DNA of 64,000 nt, taken from Octopus bimaculoides (Eukaryota). Below the pieces are notes generated by a model. It saw only the letters and a list, made by a program, of their open reading frames with translations, was not told the DNA's origin and searched no databases. Where the stretch lies: assembly GCF_001194135.2 (NCBI RefSeq), contig NC_068989.1:59210853-59274852 (forward strand). Reading direction: 5' to 3'. Below, one piece after another: positions 24,983 through 35,900 of the stretch. The position numbers were made by a program, and so were the translations under genes. Each line of letters starts with the position of its first letter. Position 1 is the first letter of the stretch.

Positions 24983-25660
24983 GTGCCATAAACTGCTATT
25001 TATTTGTTTTCTATAGGATAGTGATAGCACAAGCTGTTACCGACATATGTCTGACAGATTGTTCGCAAAAGAGAAAAATATCAACAAGAGACAAGGTGAG
25101 ATAAATGATAAATTTGTTATTATTAATAAAAAAAATTACATATTTTCATACCAAAAATCAATTTATTGAGTCTTATGCATTATTCAGTAATAAATAGTAG
25201 TTGGTAAGAAATCTCCTTTCTTCTATTTATAATAGAAATACCTGAATCGCAGCAATTCAATGGTGAACGTGACCTTGAAACATGCGACCCAGCCAAAACT
25301 ATTTTGCTGCAGAAAGAACAAACATTTTGGGAAGACCTTCGTGTCTCTATTCTAGGGACTGATGTCAATTTAGGCACTGATCAAGTAACTCTAAAACTTC
25401 GGCTTAAAATATTGCGCAATCGGTTGGTGGGAATTTTGCTGCTCTGTAACATAATTTGGGCTTGTTTGCTCAGTAGTCTTTATTTGACCATCTCGAAACA
25501 CGACACTATCTTTGGAATCATAACTTGTTCAGTCTATAGTTTTTCACTGCTTATACAATTAATTGGATTGACTGCCCACAAATGTGATTCTTTCTTCAGA
25601 GAGTTTGTCATTCGAACATTTGGAAAAAAACACCCTATCTGGATTCATCGAAAAGATTAA
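6789..25660 (+). CDS. CHS: Chitin synthase (GT2), spliced gene, 9 supported coding exons; true 5' end not resolved
   Basis: Exons 6789-6904, 10581-10707, 15035-15541, 16747-18709, 20358-20513, 21590-22081, 22423-22634, 25017-25095 and 25236-25660 are GT-AG bounded, phase-compatible and sum to 4077 nt (1358 aa + TAA). Chitin synthase motifs: KKRWSQVMYM, DAD, GGACGR, YQKFEY, CPGCFSLYR, GEDRWLCTL, QRKRW, WGTRE. Symbol is family-level only. Confidence 0.93.
7435..9445 (-). mobile_element. 5'-truncated, decayed R4/Dong-like non-LTR retrotransposon (RT, CCHC, restriction-like endonuclease)
   Basis: Fragmented ORFs: RGIFQG..L, LLYMDDLK (RT), CRMC..ETISHIVSEC (zinc knuckle) and RKPDIVVVDK..IIDISIP (RLE). 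The 3' end abuts AATAATAAT. Confidence 0.88.
10581..10707 (+). CDS. CHS: Chitin synthase exon (YICVCIVLEIPHLFNIAHCVWG...HLCT)
   Basis: Acceptor ttctttctgttacag, donor ACG|gtattt; phase 2 to 0, compatible with both neighbours. Confidence 0.7.
11890..13090 (-). mobile_element. Decayed CR1-like LINE RT fragment
   Basis: SGVPHGSVL (cf. GVPQGSVL), EYRSHI, IQRRATRL, STLWNLLP..FK; frameshifts and stops. Confidence 0.78.
15035..15541 (+). CDS. CHS: Chitin synthase multi-TM exon
   Basis: Acceptor tttttctttttcag, donor AAG|gtaaca, 507 nt, phase 0-0; several hydrophobic helices. Confidence 0.85.
15838..15983. repeat. 30-bp minisatellite, about 4.5 copies
   Basis: Unit TTAAATACATTCTATTATATAGTTTTAGCA; the first three copies are nearly identical. 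Confidence 0.92.
16747..18709 (+). CDS. CHS: Chitin synthase large catalytic exon (1963 nt)
   Basis: Acceptor ctctcttatatag|ATG, donor AAAG|gtatat. Contains FICTTMYNE, HIFMDNG, KKRWSQVMYM, ATDADM, GGACGR and WYQKFEYAK. Confidence 0.93.
18801..18854 (+). ncRNA. Degenerate hammerhead ribozyme motif in a chitin synthase intron
   Basis: UAUAU-CUGAUGA-G-AUGGAUG/CGUCCAU-GAAAC-UUUAG-GUC-AUGUG. Core intact, but C11.1 is missing and stem I is weak (two G-U pairs). Confidence 0.5.
19425..19636 (+). mobile_element. SINE family A copy
   Basis: Same consensus as 5042-5237. Confidence 0.8.
19704..20089 (-). mobile_element. tRNA-derived SINE (family C) with a 13-bp TSD
   Basis: A/B-box head; GCTACTTGAAATA at 19691-19703 and 20090-20102; homologous to 38446-38803. 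Confidence 0.85.
20358..20513 (+). CDS. CHS: Chitin synthase exon (DFWMIKSSQNVIGCVMCCPGCFSLYR...KDH); missed by the ORF track
   Basis: Acceptor tcggtttttag, donor CATG|gtaaaa; phase 1-1; continues FEYAK into the CPGCFSLYR motif. Confidence 0.93.
21590..22081 (+). CDS. CHS: Chitin synthase exon with GEDRW and QRKRW
   Basis: Acceptor ccttgtttgcag, donor GATG|gtaagt; phase 1-1. Confidence 0.93.
22423..22634 (+). CDS. CHS: Chitin synthase exon ending in WGTRES
   Basis: Acceptor ttttattggccag, donor AGT|gtaagt; phase 1-0. Confidence 0.92.
23290..24380 (+). mobile_element. Highly decayed LINE-like (possibly RTE) remnant
   Basis: Purine-rich tract with weak resemblance to the 42455-42870 segment around 23370-23700. 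Confidence 0.3.
25017..25095 (+). CDS. CHS: Chitin synthase short linker exon (DSDSTSCYRHMSDRLFAKEKNINKRQ)
   Basis: Acceptor ttgttttctatag, donor CAAG|gtgaga; phase 0-1 bridges the flanking exons. Confidence 0.8.
25236..25660 (+). CDS. CHS: Chitin synthase terminal exon (...EQTFWEDLR...HRKD*)
   Basis: Acceptor ttctatttataatag, in frame with ORF 25304-25660; E..FW motif and two hydrophobic helices; TAA at 25658-25660. Confidence 0.85.
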
Positions 25661-25664
25661 ATTT

Positions 25665-25670
25665 AATAAA
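25665..25670 (+). terminator. Candidate polyadenylation signal for chitin synthase
   Basis: AATAAA 4 nt after the stop codon. AT-rich context weakens the call. Confidence 0.35.
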
Positions 25671-26355
25671 TACAGTCAAAATTAATTCATGACATAAATG
25701 TTTTAATTAAAAAATTATTTGTAAATCTCTTGCTTTATCTTTAAATAACAAACATTTTCTTAATAAACTTTCTTCAGTGAAAGCATGTAATACTCGTACA
25801 CTCTACACCCATTAGTTACTATCCGAGCGTATGGTTGTGACATTTCATCAAGAGTTTCCAAGTTTATGAGAAAAAATGTTTTGCTTCATTTTATCATGTT
25901 GTATTCAGACTTACAAGAATTCATCATCCATGAAATCTTAATACAGTTTTAATCCTAATGAGAACAGTACTTAGATAATGTTTCCAGTGCTCCGTTTTCA
26001 AAAGTCATATCAGTTCCGAATTGTGTTCTAAAATGTGTTTCCATTCATAAGACAACTATTAACATTATTGATATAATTGTAAAGAAATTCTGAACAAAAA
26101 AATTACAACGTAAAAACAATCATTTCACTTCTGACAGAAGCCGCCCGTAGGTACTGTAGAATACGCTCACCTTATTGTTACGTGTAACAGCCATTACATT
26201 AGTATTTTACATAAAGAAAGGATTTTTTTAAATGATAATCAAACACTTGCTATGTAATCCTAAGTTTCTACATGTGCAGTTTAAGACTATCCATTTAATT
26301 TTCACCGATAATCATTACTACTCATCACCAAACCGATTTTATTATTAACATGGCT

Positions 26356-26623
26356 AAGGCAGCGAGCTGGCAGAATCACTAGCATACTGGACAAAATGCT
26401 TTACGTTCCGAGTTCAAATACCAATGAAGTCGACTTTGCCTTTCATCCTTCCGGGGCATTGGGGTCGAAGTAATCTATTAGCCCCCACCACTAAAATTTC
26501 AGCTCTTGTGCCTATGTCAGAAAAAAATTATTAAAGACGGCAAGCTGGTAGAATCGTTAACTTAACGACATTTCTTGTTTAGGTTCTGAGTTTAAATACC
26601 GCTGATGTCAAATTTCCCTTTAT
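26356..26623 (+). mobile_element. Two partial SINE family A copies
   Basis: Two consecutive GGC(A/G)AGCTGG heads; the second is cut by a gap. Confidence 0.7.
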
Positions 26624-26945
26624 NNNNNNNNNNNNNNNNNNNNNNNNNNNNNNNNNNNNNNNNNNNNNNNNNNNNNNNNNNNNNNNNNNNNNNNNNNNNN
26701 NNNNNNNNNNNNNNNNNNNNNNNNNNNNNNNNNNNNNNNNNNNNNNNNNNNNNNNNNNNNNNNNNNNNNNNNNNNNNNNNNNNNNNNNNNNNNNNNNNNN
26801 NNNNNNNNNNNNATATAAAATAGTGTACATTTAAACACAAGAGAAAACTGCCTTTAACAGGCAGTTTTTATACGCTAGAAGTCAAAACCACATTTAAGAG
26901 CAATCTTCAAAAGGAATGAAAAATAAAAACCTTTTTATTTTATTC

Positions 26946-27019
26946 CGGTCAGACCTAGGTTTCAAAGTTTTCTTAGCAAATAAAATAATTTGCTAGGCGG
27001 AATTTCTCATCAGTGACCG
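26946..27019 (-). ncRNA. Minimal type I hammerhead ribozyme
   Basis: The - strand reads CGGUCA-CUGAUGA-[stem II]-GAAAC-CUAG-GUC-UGACCG: intact core, perfect 6-bp stem I, palindromic CUAG stem III loop and a GUC triplet. Stem II contains an 8-bp UAGCAAAU/AUUUGCUA hairpin. Confidence 0.8.
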
Positions 27020-27455
27020 CGCCATAGCACTAACATATAATTAAGAGACGAATAACACGTGTCTCATCGTTATACACTATAATTTTTCAAATTCACCGCG
27101 CATCGTTGTGTCTGGGGAGAGTCATTCTCTGTTAGTGCCTTATTATTTAACACACTAACCGGTAAAGTTTCCACTCATTTACCTATTTATTTTTCCTGAA
27201 AATTTCGTTGCCTCTTGCAAGCTTTTCAATAGTCAACAACTATTCAATAGTCAACGACTTTTCAATAGTCAACGACTAGTAGAAGAGTAGAAACTTTACC
27301 AGTGAGTGTGTTGAATAATAAGACATGAAAAGAGAATGACTCTCCCCAGATACAACAAAATATGCTTCAACGCACAAACTCACATCAAGAATCTTGCAAG
27401 CCAAATACAAAAACGAAGTATATATATGTGTTTGTGTGTGTGTGTCTACACACAG

Positions 27456-27488
<33 letters not shown>

Positions 27489-27629
27489 NNNNNNNNNNNN
27501 NNNNNNNNNNNNNNNNNNNNNNNNNNNNNNNNNNNNNNNNNNNNNNNNNNNNNNNNNNNNNNNNNNNNNNNNNNNNNNNNNNNNNNNNNNNNNNNNNNNN
27601 NNNNNNNNNNNNNNNNNNNNNNNNNNTAA

Positions 27630-27768
27630 TACCACCGAAGTCGACTTTGCCTTTCATCCTTTCGGGATTGATGAAATAAATACCACTTGAGCAGCGAGGT
27701 CGAAGTAATCGACTTGCTCCCAATCCCCTAAAAAGATTATTAAGAGACGGCATACTGGTATCACTACT

Positions 27769-27808
<40 letters not shown>

Positions 27809-27990
27809 CCACACACACACATGCACACATACACACGCACACACATATATATGTATGTGTCATTATTGATTTCAAATTTTGGCTCAAGCCCAGCAAGTCC
27901 GGGGCAAGGGTTAAGTCGATTACATTGACTCCACTGTTCAACTGGTACTTATTTTACCGACCCCGAAAGGGATGAAAGGCAAAGTCGATG
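27630..27990. mobile_element. Two partial SINE family A copies in inverted orientation
   Basis: 27630-27750 on + and 27870-27990 on -, separated by (CT)n/(CA)n. Confidence 0.65.
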
Positions 27991-28033
27991 GCATGAACGG
28001 GATAAAAGACAAACAGCTAATCTATTTATATAA

Positions 28034-28541
28034 CATGGAAAAATGTGAGCATGAAAAGTAATATTCTTAAGATTATAAACCTGGAAAAGTACAGGACAAG
28101 TTATTACACCTGTAAACGTATAGGACAAACTATTACTTCAAGTAAAGTAAAGAATAAGAAACTCTTTAAAATATTGCAGCAAAGAATGCCAGTTCTTCTA
28201 ATTTATCACTCTTTACAGTTCTCATCTTTTAAATTTATTGTACAAAACTGTTCAGCTAATTTGTAAGTTTGTCTAGTTAGTCACTTTTCTCTGTATTTAA
28301 GATAGTAAATTAGTCAGATTCTACTTAAATAAGTATAGTGTTATTTGTAAACTATAATAAAATATTTTTAATATTCAAATTTTAACTTTAGCTGCGATAT
28401 TTTAAATAAAAAGTTTCTTATTCTTTACTTTACTTGCAGTAATAATTTGTCCTATACATTTACATGTTTAATAACTTGTCCTGTACTTTTCCAAATTTAT
28501 AATCTTAAGAATATTACTTTTTATGCTCGCATTTTTCCATG
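28034..28541. mobile_element. MITE with ~150-bp terminal inverted repeats
   Basis: Arms 28034-28184 and 28386-28541 are near-identical reverse complements; CATGG...CCATG ends flanked by TAA on both sides. Confidence 0.85.
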
Positions 28542-30694
28542 TAATCCATGATTTTTCTAGGCATTGCTGTTATAAGATAATTAATAATGTGTCAATTAAT
28601 AATTTAGGATTTTACCTTATAAAATACTGGGTAGGGGGATACATTGGCTGCTATTTTTAACGTGTCGGGCGACCAGGTAGAGGCTCTTTCATTGGTTTGA
28701 TTGCGTGCTGAGATTTGTTTACACATATATGTATAATATGCATATATATCATCGACAGAAGTTAGAGAGTAAGTCAAAAGCTGAGAGTTTCGTGTATTGG
28801 CACTTTTCAAACACGAATTTGTCCATTGTTACTCTGTAATTTGTAACAAAATAACTTCAAAAATATAAAATTTTGTCAAGAACGTTAAGAGTAAACCCTG
28901 TAGTATGTGACACATTGTACCAGTATCGGAAGTTTCAAAGTGTTTAGTTAAAAAAAAATAATTAAATAATCTGTACGTTAAATTGAATAGATCCGAAATG
29001 GATAAAGAGCAAAGTCGACCTAGGCGGAAATTGAACTCAAAATGTAAACAAGGCGAAAAATCGATAAACATTTCACCTTGCGCGCTAACGTTTCTGACAG
29101 GGCACCAACTTAAAACGCAACCATTCAATTTTAGTGATATATTCTTTATTCTTATTACCAAGTGTTACTTCCTTACTCTCTTGCTGACACGAAATTTCGT
29201 TGCATTTCACCCCATAACTTTTATTCTACTAATTTTTGTTCAATGCGACTAATGACTCTGAATTCCTCATACATTTTTCTATCATTTAAGCCTAAAAAAA
29301 GTATACTTTTATTTTAAAATTAAAAAGTTTCTGTTAATTGAATGTGAATAGGTGACTTACTGTCCCCCCACCCCTTGATGTCGCAGATATTTTGATGTAA
29401 CTTTTTTTCTACTGAACCAAATCTCAAACTATTTATGCCAAAGTGTAGCTGAGGAGATGTCCTCTTTAAAAATGTTAACAGTTTCCAATTTAGTTGAGAA
29501 CTGAATTAGTGGTGAAGCTCGGAAGCTGCTGCAATTGACGAAATGGTGAACTTAAGAATATATTCAACCACTACCGTAGCTGAATGATACTCAACAAATC
29601 CAATAGTTACAGAAAACTGGAGCTACTAATTTGCGTACCATAAGAGTTAATACTATTTTAATATCTGGGGTATATCAATGGGGATCTGAGTCTACACAGT
29701 ATCAATGTATGTTATAATATAGGTATCCTATATAGTAGTTATATAAACAAGGCTAGATTCAGTGAAACAATTTCTATTTCAAGATAAGTTTGAGCTCAGG
29801 GAAGAAACCTTAAATTCCTTAAATTTCCTATATGCAAATACATTTTAATCTTTAGATTATAAGTTTTCAGAGTTAAATCAACAGCAAAACTAACCATAAA
29901 AATGTTTATTGAATTACACCAACATATCAAAACATATGCATTGTCATACAAGATGCAATCTGTGACTTTAATAGTGAAAGTGAGAAATGTTGCAATGAAA
30001 ACGAAATATAGGACTATTTGGTGTATTACACTGTAGCAATATACATGTATAGCGAAACACACTGGTATGTCTGACATTAGATATGACTCTGGGGGTAAGA
30101 TATGATTGAGTTAACACCAAGTTTACAGATTAAATAAATATATATCCCAATCATATATGAGAGAACAAATGTTTGTCGGACGATTCTTTAAGAAAATTTA
30201 ATCAATAAGTGTTGGAATGGAATTATTTCGCCAAATCAGTTTCTACAAAACACTAGAGGTCTCTAGGCACATTTTCTGTTTTAAATATTGTATTAGTCCT
30301 TAGTACAAATGAATGCACATCATTTGATCATCTTTTATCTCAGTATAAAAATTCTTTTATACAATTTAGTTACACAGCAATAAAACAAGTTGATCACTAT
30401 TTCCAAGTATTTGATATTTAAGACATGCTTTGTTCTTCCTGAATTGTGTATTTTCTCATCCAAATAGCAATCAATTGTTTTAAAGGAAGTAAGCCGTATC
30501 AATTATTTCTTCTACGGCTTCCCAACATACTATAAAAGTTATACCAGAAATTGAAGTGAATATTCAAGCTTTCCGCAGCTTTTTCACTTGACTAGCTTCC
30601 TTGGAATGAATTCTTTTGCATTATTCAGGTAGATATAGGATTCTTGAGAAGAATAACATGAAGGGACTGACATTTATATTCAGAAGTAGCTCAT

Positions 30695-30832
30695 TTAGTC
30701 TTCATTTTCAGCATGTCTATTTTCCAAAACACTCCACATTTGTTGAGGTTTATAAGAACATGGCATTAACGTTACATCACTTTCAACGTTTTCTAAGCAC
30801 AGGTTACTTACATTATGGTAGATCATTCTATT
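30695..30832 (-). CDS. GALNT: GALNT terminal exon, lectin gamma repeat ([11 protein letters not shown]...CSYKPQQMW...ENED*)
   Basis: Acceptor ttttctttttcag; CL(E) and QxW motifs; TAA at 30697-30695. Confidence 0.92.
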   Translation of the reverse strand, partial: NRMIYHNVSNLCLENVESDVTLMPCSYKPQQMWSVLENRHAENED

Positions 30833-32894
30833 CTGAAAAAGAAAAACACAAATAAATTTGTTACACTGCATTTCAAATTACTACAACATTCATAAGGTAG
30901 GTAGAAATAATTATATAAAGCAATATGCTATCAACTAGCAAAAACAAATGGCTAAATATTAATATATACTTATATTTATATTTTGTTATGAAGCTGTACT
31001 GATAAATAGTCAATTACTTGACTAATCATGACCGGAGGTGGGTATCAATGAATGGTAAGCTCTACTGGTATTTCCTCGAAAAGTAAAATGAAAACAAAAC
31101 TTCTTCCTTGCAGACGGTTGACCTGTTATATGGAAAATTATATCATATACACATTTACAGTTTTATTACCTATACAGAGCAACTGTCATGTACTAAATTA
31201 AGGACAGTGCCTAATCTGATATTAGAATATTAATTGAAGTATCACCTACAGAGAACAGATGCAACTGGACATTCTCCTAGTCTTATACAAAATATTACCT
31301 ACGGTACTTAAATAAGAAGGTTTAATTTTAACTTCTTACTCTTTAACGTATTTCTACCTAAAGGCTGTGGCCATACCTGAGTACGCCAGTATCATTACCT
31401 TTTCAATGGCCATTTCTATGTGGTTGGCTTTTGATGAAGGAGAGGCTTTGATATTGCTGCCTTCATTTGAGTTCCTTACCGCAATTTAGGCTCGTCTTGG
31501 ATCTACAACCTATCATATTTCATTACTTCAAGAAGAATGTTTTATGGAACTGAGGATTTTTCTGGTTTTGTATTGTTTGGAGTATTTTGAAACTTTTTAA
31601 ATGATGTATCTACATTCAATCATAGTTTTTCAAAATGATATGGAACATGTTTCCAGAAATCTGCTGTTGTTCATTCTCGATTCAGCAGTGAGAAAAGATG
31701 TTCTCTTTAGTGTTCGAGAATATCTTACGAATCGCGTCAGGGCGCGAGTGTTGTCTGCTGCTGAAAAGTTGCCCGTAGATATCTATACTGAGCTAACCGT
31801 TTACTTCGTTCCACTAATAATTTTCTTAGATACCATCATCTCTATAGTTTTGAGGCTTTATTGGCACCAAATACTCTGTATTTCTTCGGGTTTGGTTTGA
31901 TATTAGTGCTTAAATTTTAGATATCGTGATAGTCTATGAGCTGACCTTGTGTTTTACCTATGTGATGAGTGAGTCTTCCTCTTTTCCACGGCAAGCTGAC
32001 TGATTTCACCGTTGTTATTTTCAAACTAATACTGGATTTTCGTTTTTGCTGAAACCAATGTTACTTCGTTGTTTCAATGCTAATATTCCGAACTGATAAG
32101 CATTCTTCAATGAAAGAACGATAGATGGGATGTTTAGAATTGAGACTTAGATGATTGATATTTATGTCTGGTGACAGATTTTTTTCTAACTTTGAAATAC
32201 CATTGATTTCATAGTTTGTCACAAATGATGATTTCCATGAATGGGACGGATGACAAGTGCAATGTTCAACAGATATCAACACTATGAGCTTTTCTAGTAA
32301 CAAGGACAACATTCTTGTATTGACGTCTGACGATGATATAGTCCAGAATCTGTCAGTATCTGGATTGTGAATACATGCATGTCGTCTTAAATCGGTTGCG
32401 GAGTCGGAACTGAACGTTAGTGATGAAGAGGGAATTTCGAACAGAAAAACAGGATTGGAAAATTGGTTGGGATTACAGTTTCTCACATCTTCTTCCTTAA
32501 TCACTAACATCTTCTCATTGCTGACGATCTCTTCTTAATTTTTCGTTGAAATCACCTATAAGTAAACACCTGTCTCTTGTTGGTACTTTCAAAATAATGT
32601 TACTCAATTGTTGGTAAAATTGACTTTTCATATCTTCACTGGCATCAAGAGTCGGAGCATAAACTGAGATCTTTATCTTTTTATCTTTTACCTGTTTCAA
32701 TCATTAGATTGCGGCCATGCTGGGGAACCGCCTTGAAATTTTAATCGAATGACTCGACCCCAGTACTTATTTTTTCAGCCTGGTACTTACTTTATCGGTC
32801 TCTTTTAGCCGGACCGCTACTTACGAGGACGTAAACACACCAACACCGGTTGTCAAGCGATGATGGAAGGATGAACACAGACACAAAGCCATAC

Positions 32895-32943
<49 letters not shown>

Positions 32944-35900
32944 CACGACGAGCTTCTTTCAGTTTCCGTCAACCAAATCCGTTCACAAGGCTTTGGTCCG
33001 CCTCAGGCTATAATAAAAGACATTTTCCCAAGGTGCCACGCATTAGGACTGAACCATGTGGTTGAGAAGCAAGCTTCTTACCACACAGTCACTCCTGCGC
33101 CTATGAGAAATTAAGTTATGTTGGGGGTAATAACACCCAAAGTGTTATATATGATTCGTTGATGACAGCTGGAATCAGTTGGCCTCGAAAAATCAAGATT
33201 TTAACAAGCAATACCAATTCTTTGAATTCGTTCCTCAACTACAGCCTTCCCTTTCTAAAAGAATATATAGTCAGAACTTATCTGTTCAGGTTTTCCTTCT
33301 CTTACGTGTTGAGTTTTGCATAGAGCATCGACAATTCTCTCGAGACAAGTACCGTATGTTGTTTTTGACTTCTAATGTTATAACGATCAAGAAGTGTCCT
33401 GTCGTTCCACGTTCCAAAGAAGAGATTGATAGATCCATGTTCACATAATTTACTATATTAATTTCAACATATAAATATCAACAATTACTAATTTGAATTA
33501 AAAGAAAAAACAGCTTTTGATTTTCAGAATGCAAAAGCTGTTTGGTAGCTTAATTCTTGAGTTTATCATTGCAAAATACGTTTATGAATTTTGCTAAGTG
33601 ATTTCATATACCTTATTTACGATATATCAATACACGTTTTTGTGAAAAGGTTTGTAGCATGTTTTTACTCACCGAAAGTAAAGTCCAAACCTGGTTACCT
33701 TTCATATCATGGCATGATATTGCTCTTAAATCCTTCTTAAAGTCTAAACAGTTGTCATTTATTCTTAGTTCGTTTTTTGTGGTATAATAAATATGCTGAG
33801 AATAGAATATAAGGAATAAATCTTTATTAATTTAAATACCTTAATATAGCAATACAATTGTGAATATTTACAGCAAATATAAAATAATATATTAGTTTTT
33901 TTTTCAACTAACTCAACTAAAGTTTTAGGTTTTACGGAGAAAGCAAAAAACCTGGATGTTAAATAGACTTGGTTAAGTTAAGACTACCTTGATTTTATCA
34001 TAATTTATTTCAGACTCATAAAATACTTAACCTATTAATTTACACCTTGCCTGTGGACCTTGTGTCTAGTAGGAAAAAATTAATAAATTCTACTTTACGT
34101 CATGCAACATCTCTGAAATATTTCAGTATTTGCACATTCTTGTATAAACCATAACGTTATATACAATAGGAGACTTTCCCATCATTAATAGTATCACTGG
34201 TATCAATGCTATCTGGAATTTAGTACTCCTGTTAGGACCATGAATTAAAGTCAGAGAATAAACTCCAGACTGAACACGACCAAAACTCTTCAAGACTACA
34301 ACGACAGAAAAGTGGTTGTAGACATGACTAATGATTGATTTCAATAACATCTGAACTGGAAGAGGTGGGCATACCAGACCAGACGAACTGCTTAAGAAGA
34401 CACCACGTGAGACTACAAATGAGTGAGTAGATATTTTGTAATTTCATCACCTAGTACCACATTCCTCATTCGGAATGTGTCACACAGCATGGCCCTGAAA
34501 CCATAGTGTGTCATTCCCTATAAAGTGAGATCCAAAGCAAATAAATCAATGCCAGCAGCATTTCTTCCAGTTTATATTTCTTGTATCATTTATATTTTAT
34601 TTTATGTAAAAAGCACAATTGGGATGGGATAAGTACTACTAAGACAGCATTTGTGTTGCTTGAAGTTTCTAGTCTGGACGTTGGTTGGAGATGTCTGACA
34701 CTCACCTTCAAAAACCCAGGGGCTATTTGCGATTTCTAATTCTACGTCTGCGTTTTATTCAGGAATAACACGACCCAATCTCAGCGAGGAAGTCTACAGA
34801 ACAAGTGGGATAAAATTTGGACGCCCCTTTTTGGTTCCAGGTTGGGCGGCCTCACCCAGCATGTTACTCTTAATGTGTTCGAGTCTAAGAAAAATGAGTT
34901 TGGATCTATCAACTTAATCTGTTTTGAAAAGAATGATCTTTACTCTATTTTATTGATATCTTTTGTTTTGGCCTTCTGGTGTTCGCCAACAAACGCAGAT
35001 AACTGCTGAAATAGAATAATCCCTTAATTATTACTTCATAACGTTAAACTGAGTGACTATAAATGCAGTAATTAAATATGTAGTAGATACAGTGCGTCAA
35101 ATGATTACATGCATAATCACTTCTTAATTTTGTATGTAACTTGAACCTTGACATGTAACATGTGGTTTATACAGTTTTATTACATTAACTATTTCATTGA
35201 TATAAGTATGAGCTCACCAATCAAGCACAATATATTTTTTTAATAAGTTGGAAAACTAAGATCATTGGTTGTGAGTTGGTGTGAAATTCATCTCTGATTT
35301 CTGCTTTTCTAACCGAAGCAGATATATAAACGAAGACAATAGAGACTGAATTGACAGAGCAGAGAAGTAATACAATGATAGAACTGTCTCTGTTAGATAT
35401 ATTTCAACAACAAAAACAATATAAATGACTTGAGACGCGATTAATATTAAATGTAAAATTTGAAAAGTATAATTTTATCGATCTTCTACTGTCGCTCTTC
35501 AGTGTCTGGAGTTAAAATTTCGCTGATGCTGGTTTTGCATACCTCACAGGTCGTCAATGAAATAACGATAATATACTTGAATAGACTTTCTTAAATAGAC
35601 ACGTTTACTTGCGTCTTGTCAAAAGATTATATATGGATATTGCACTACAAATGGGAGGTTCGGAGGAAACATTCACAGTTATGTTTAAACAAGATCATAG
35701 TATATGAATTTGATTCTACCTGAATTGCACTCGCTTTATCACATTTGGTAACCTCTACACGCATTCCATTAGCCGCTACTAGGCAGTTTCTAGAATCCAA
35801 ATTCATTACCTTAACAATAAAAACCGAAAATGTTATTAGATTTTGTTTTACAATTCATCGAGAAAATGTGTTTATTTTTCAATGGGCCCAATTTGCCTTT

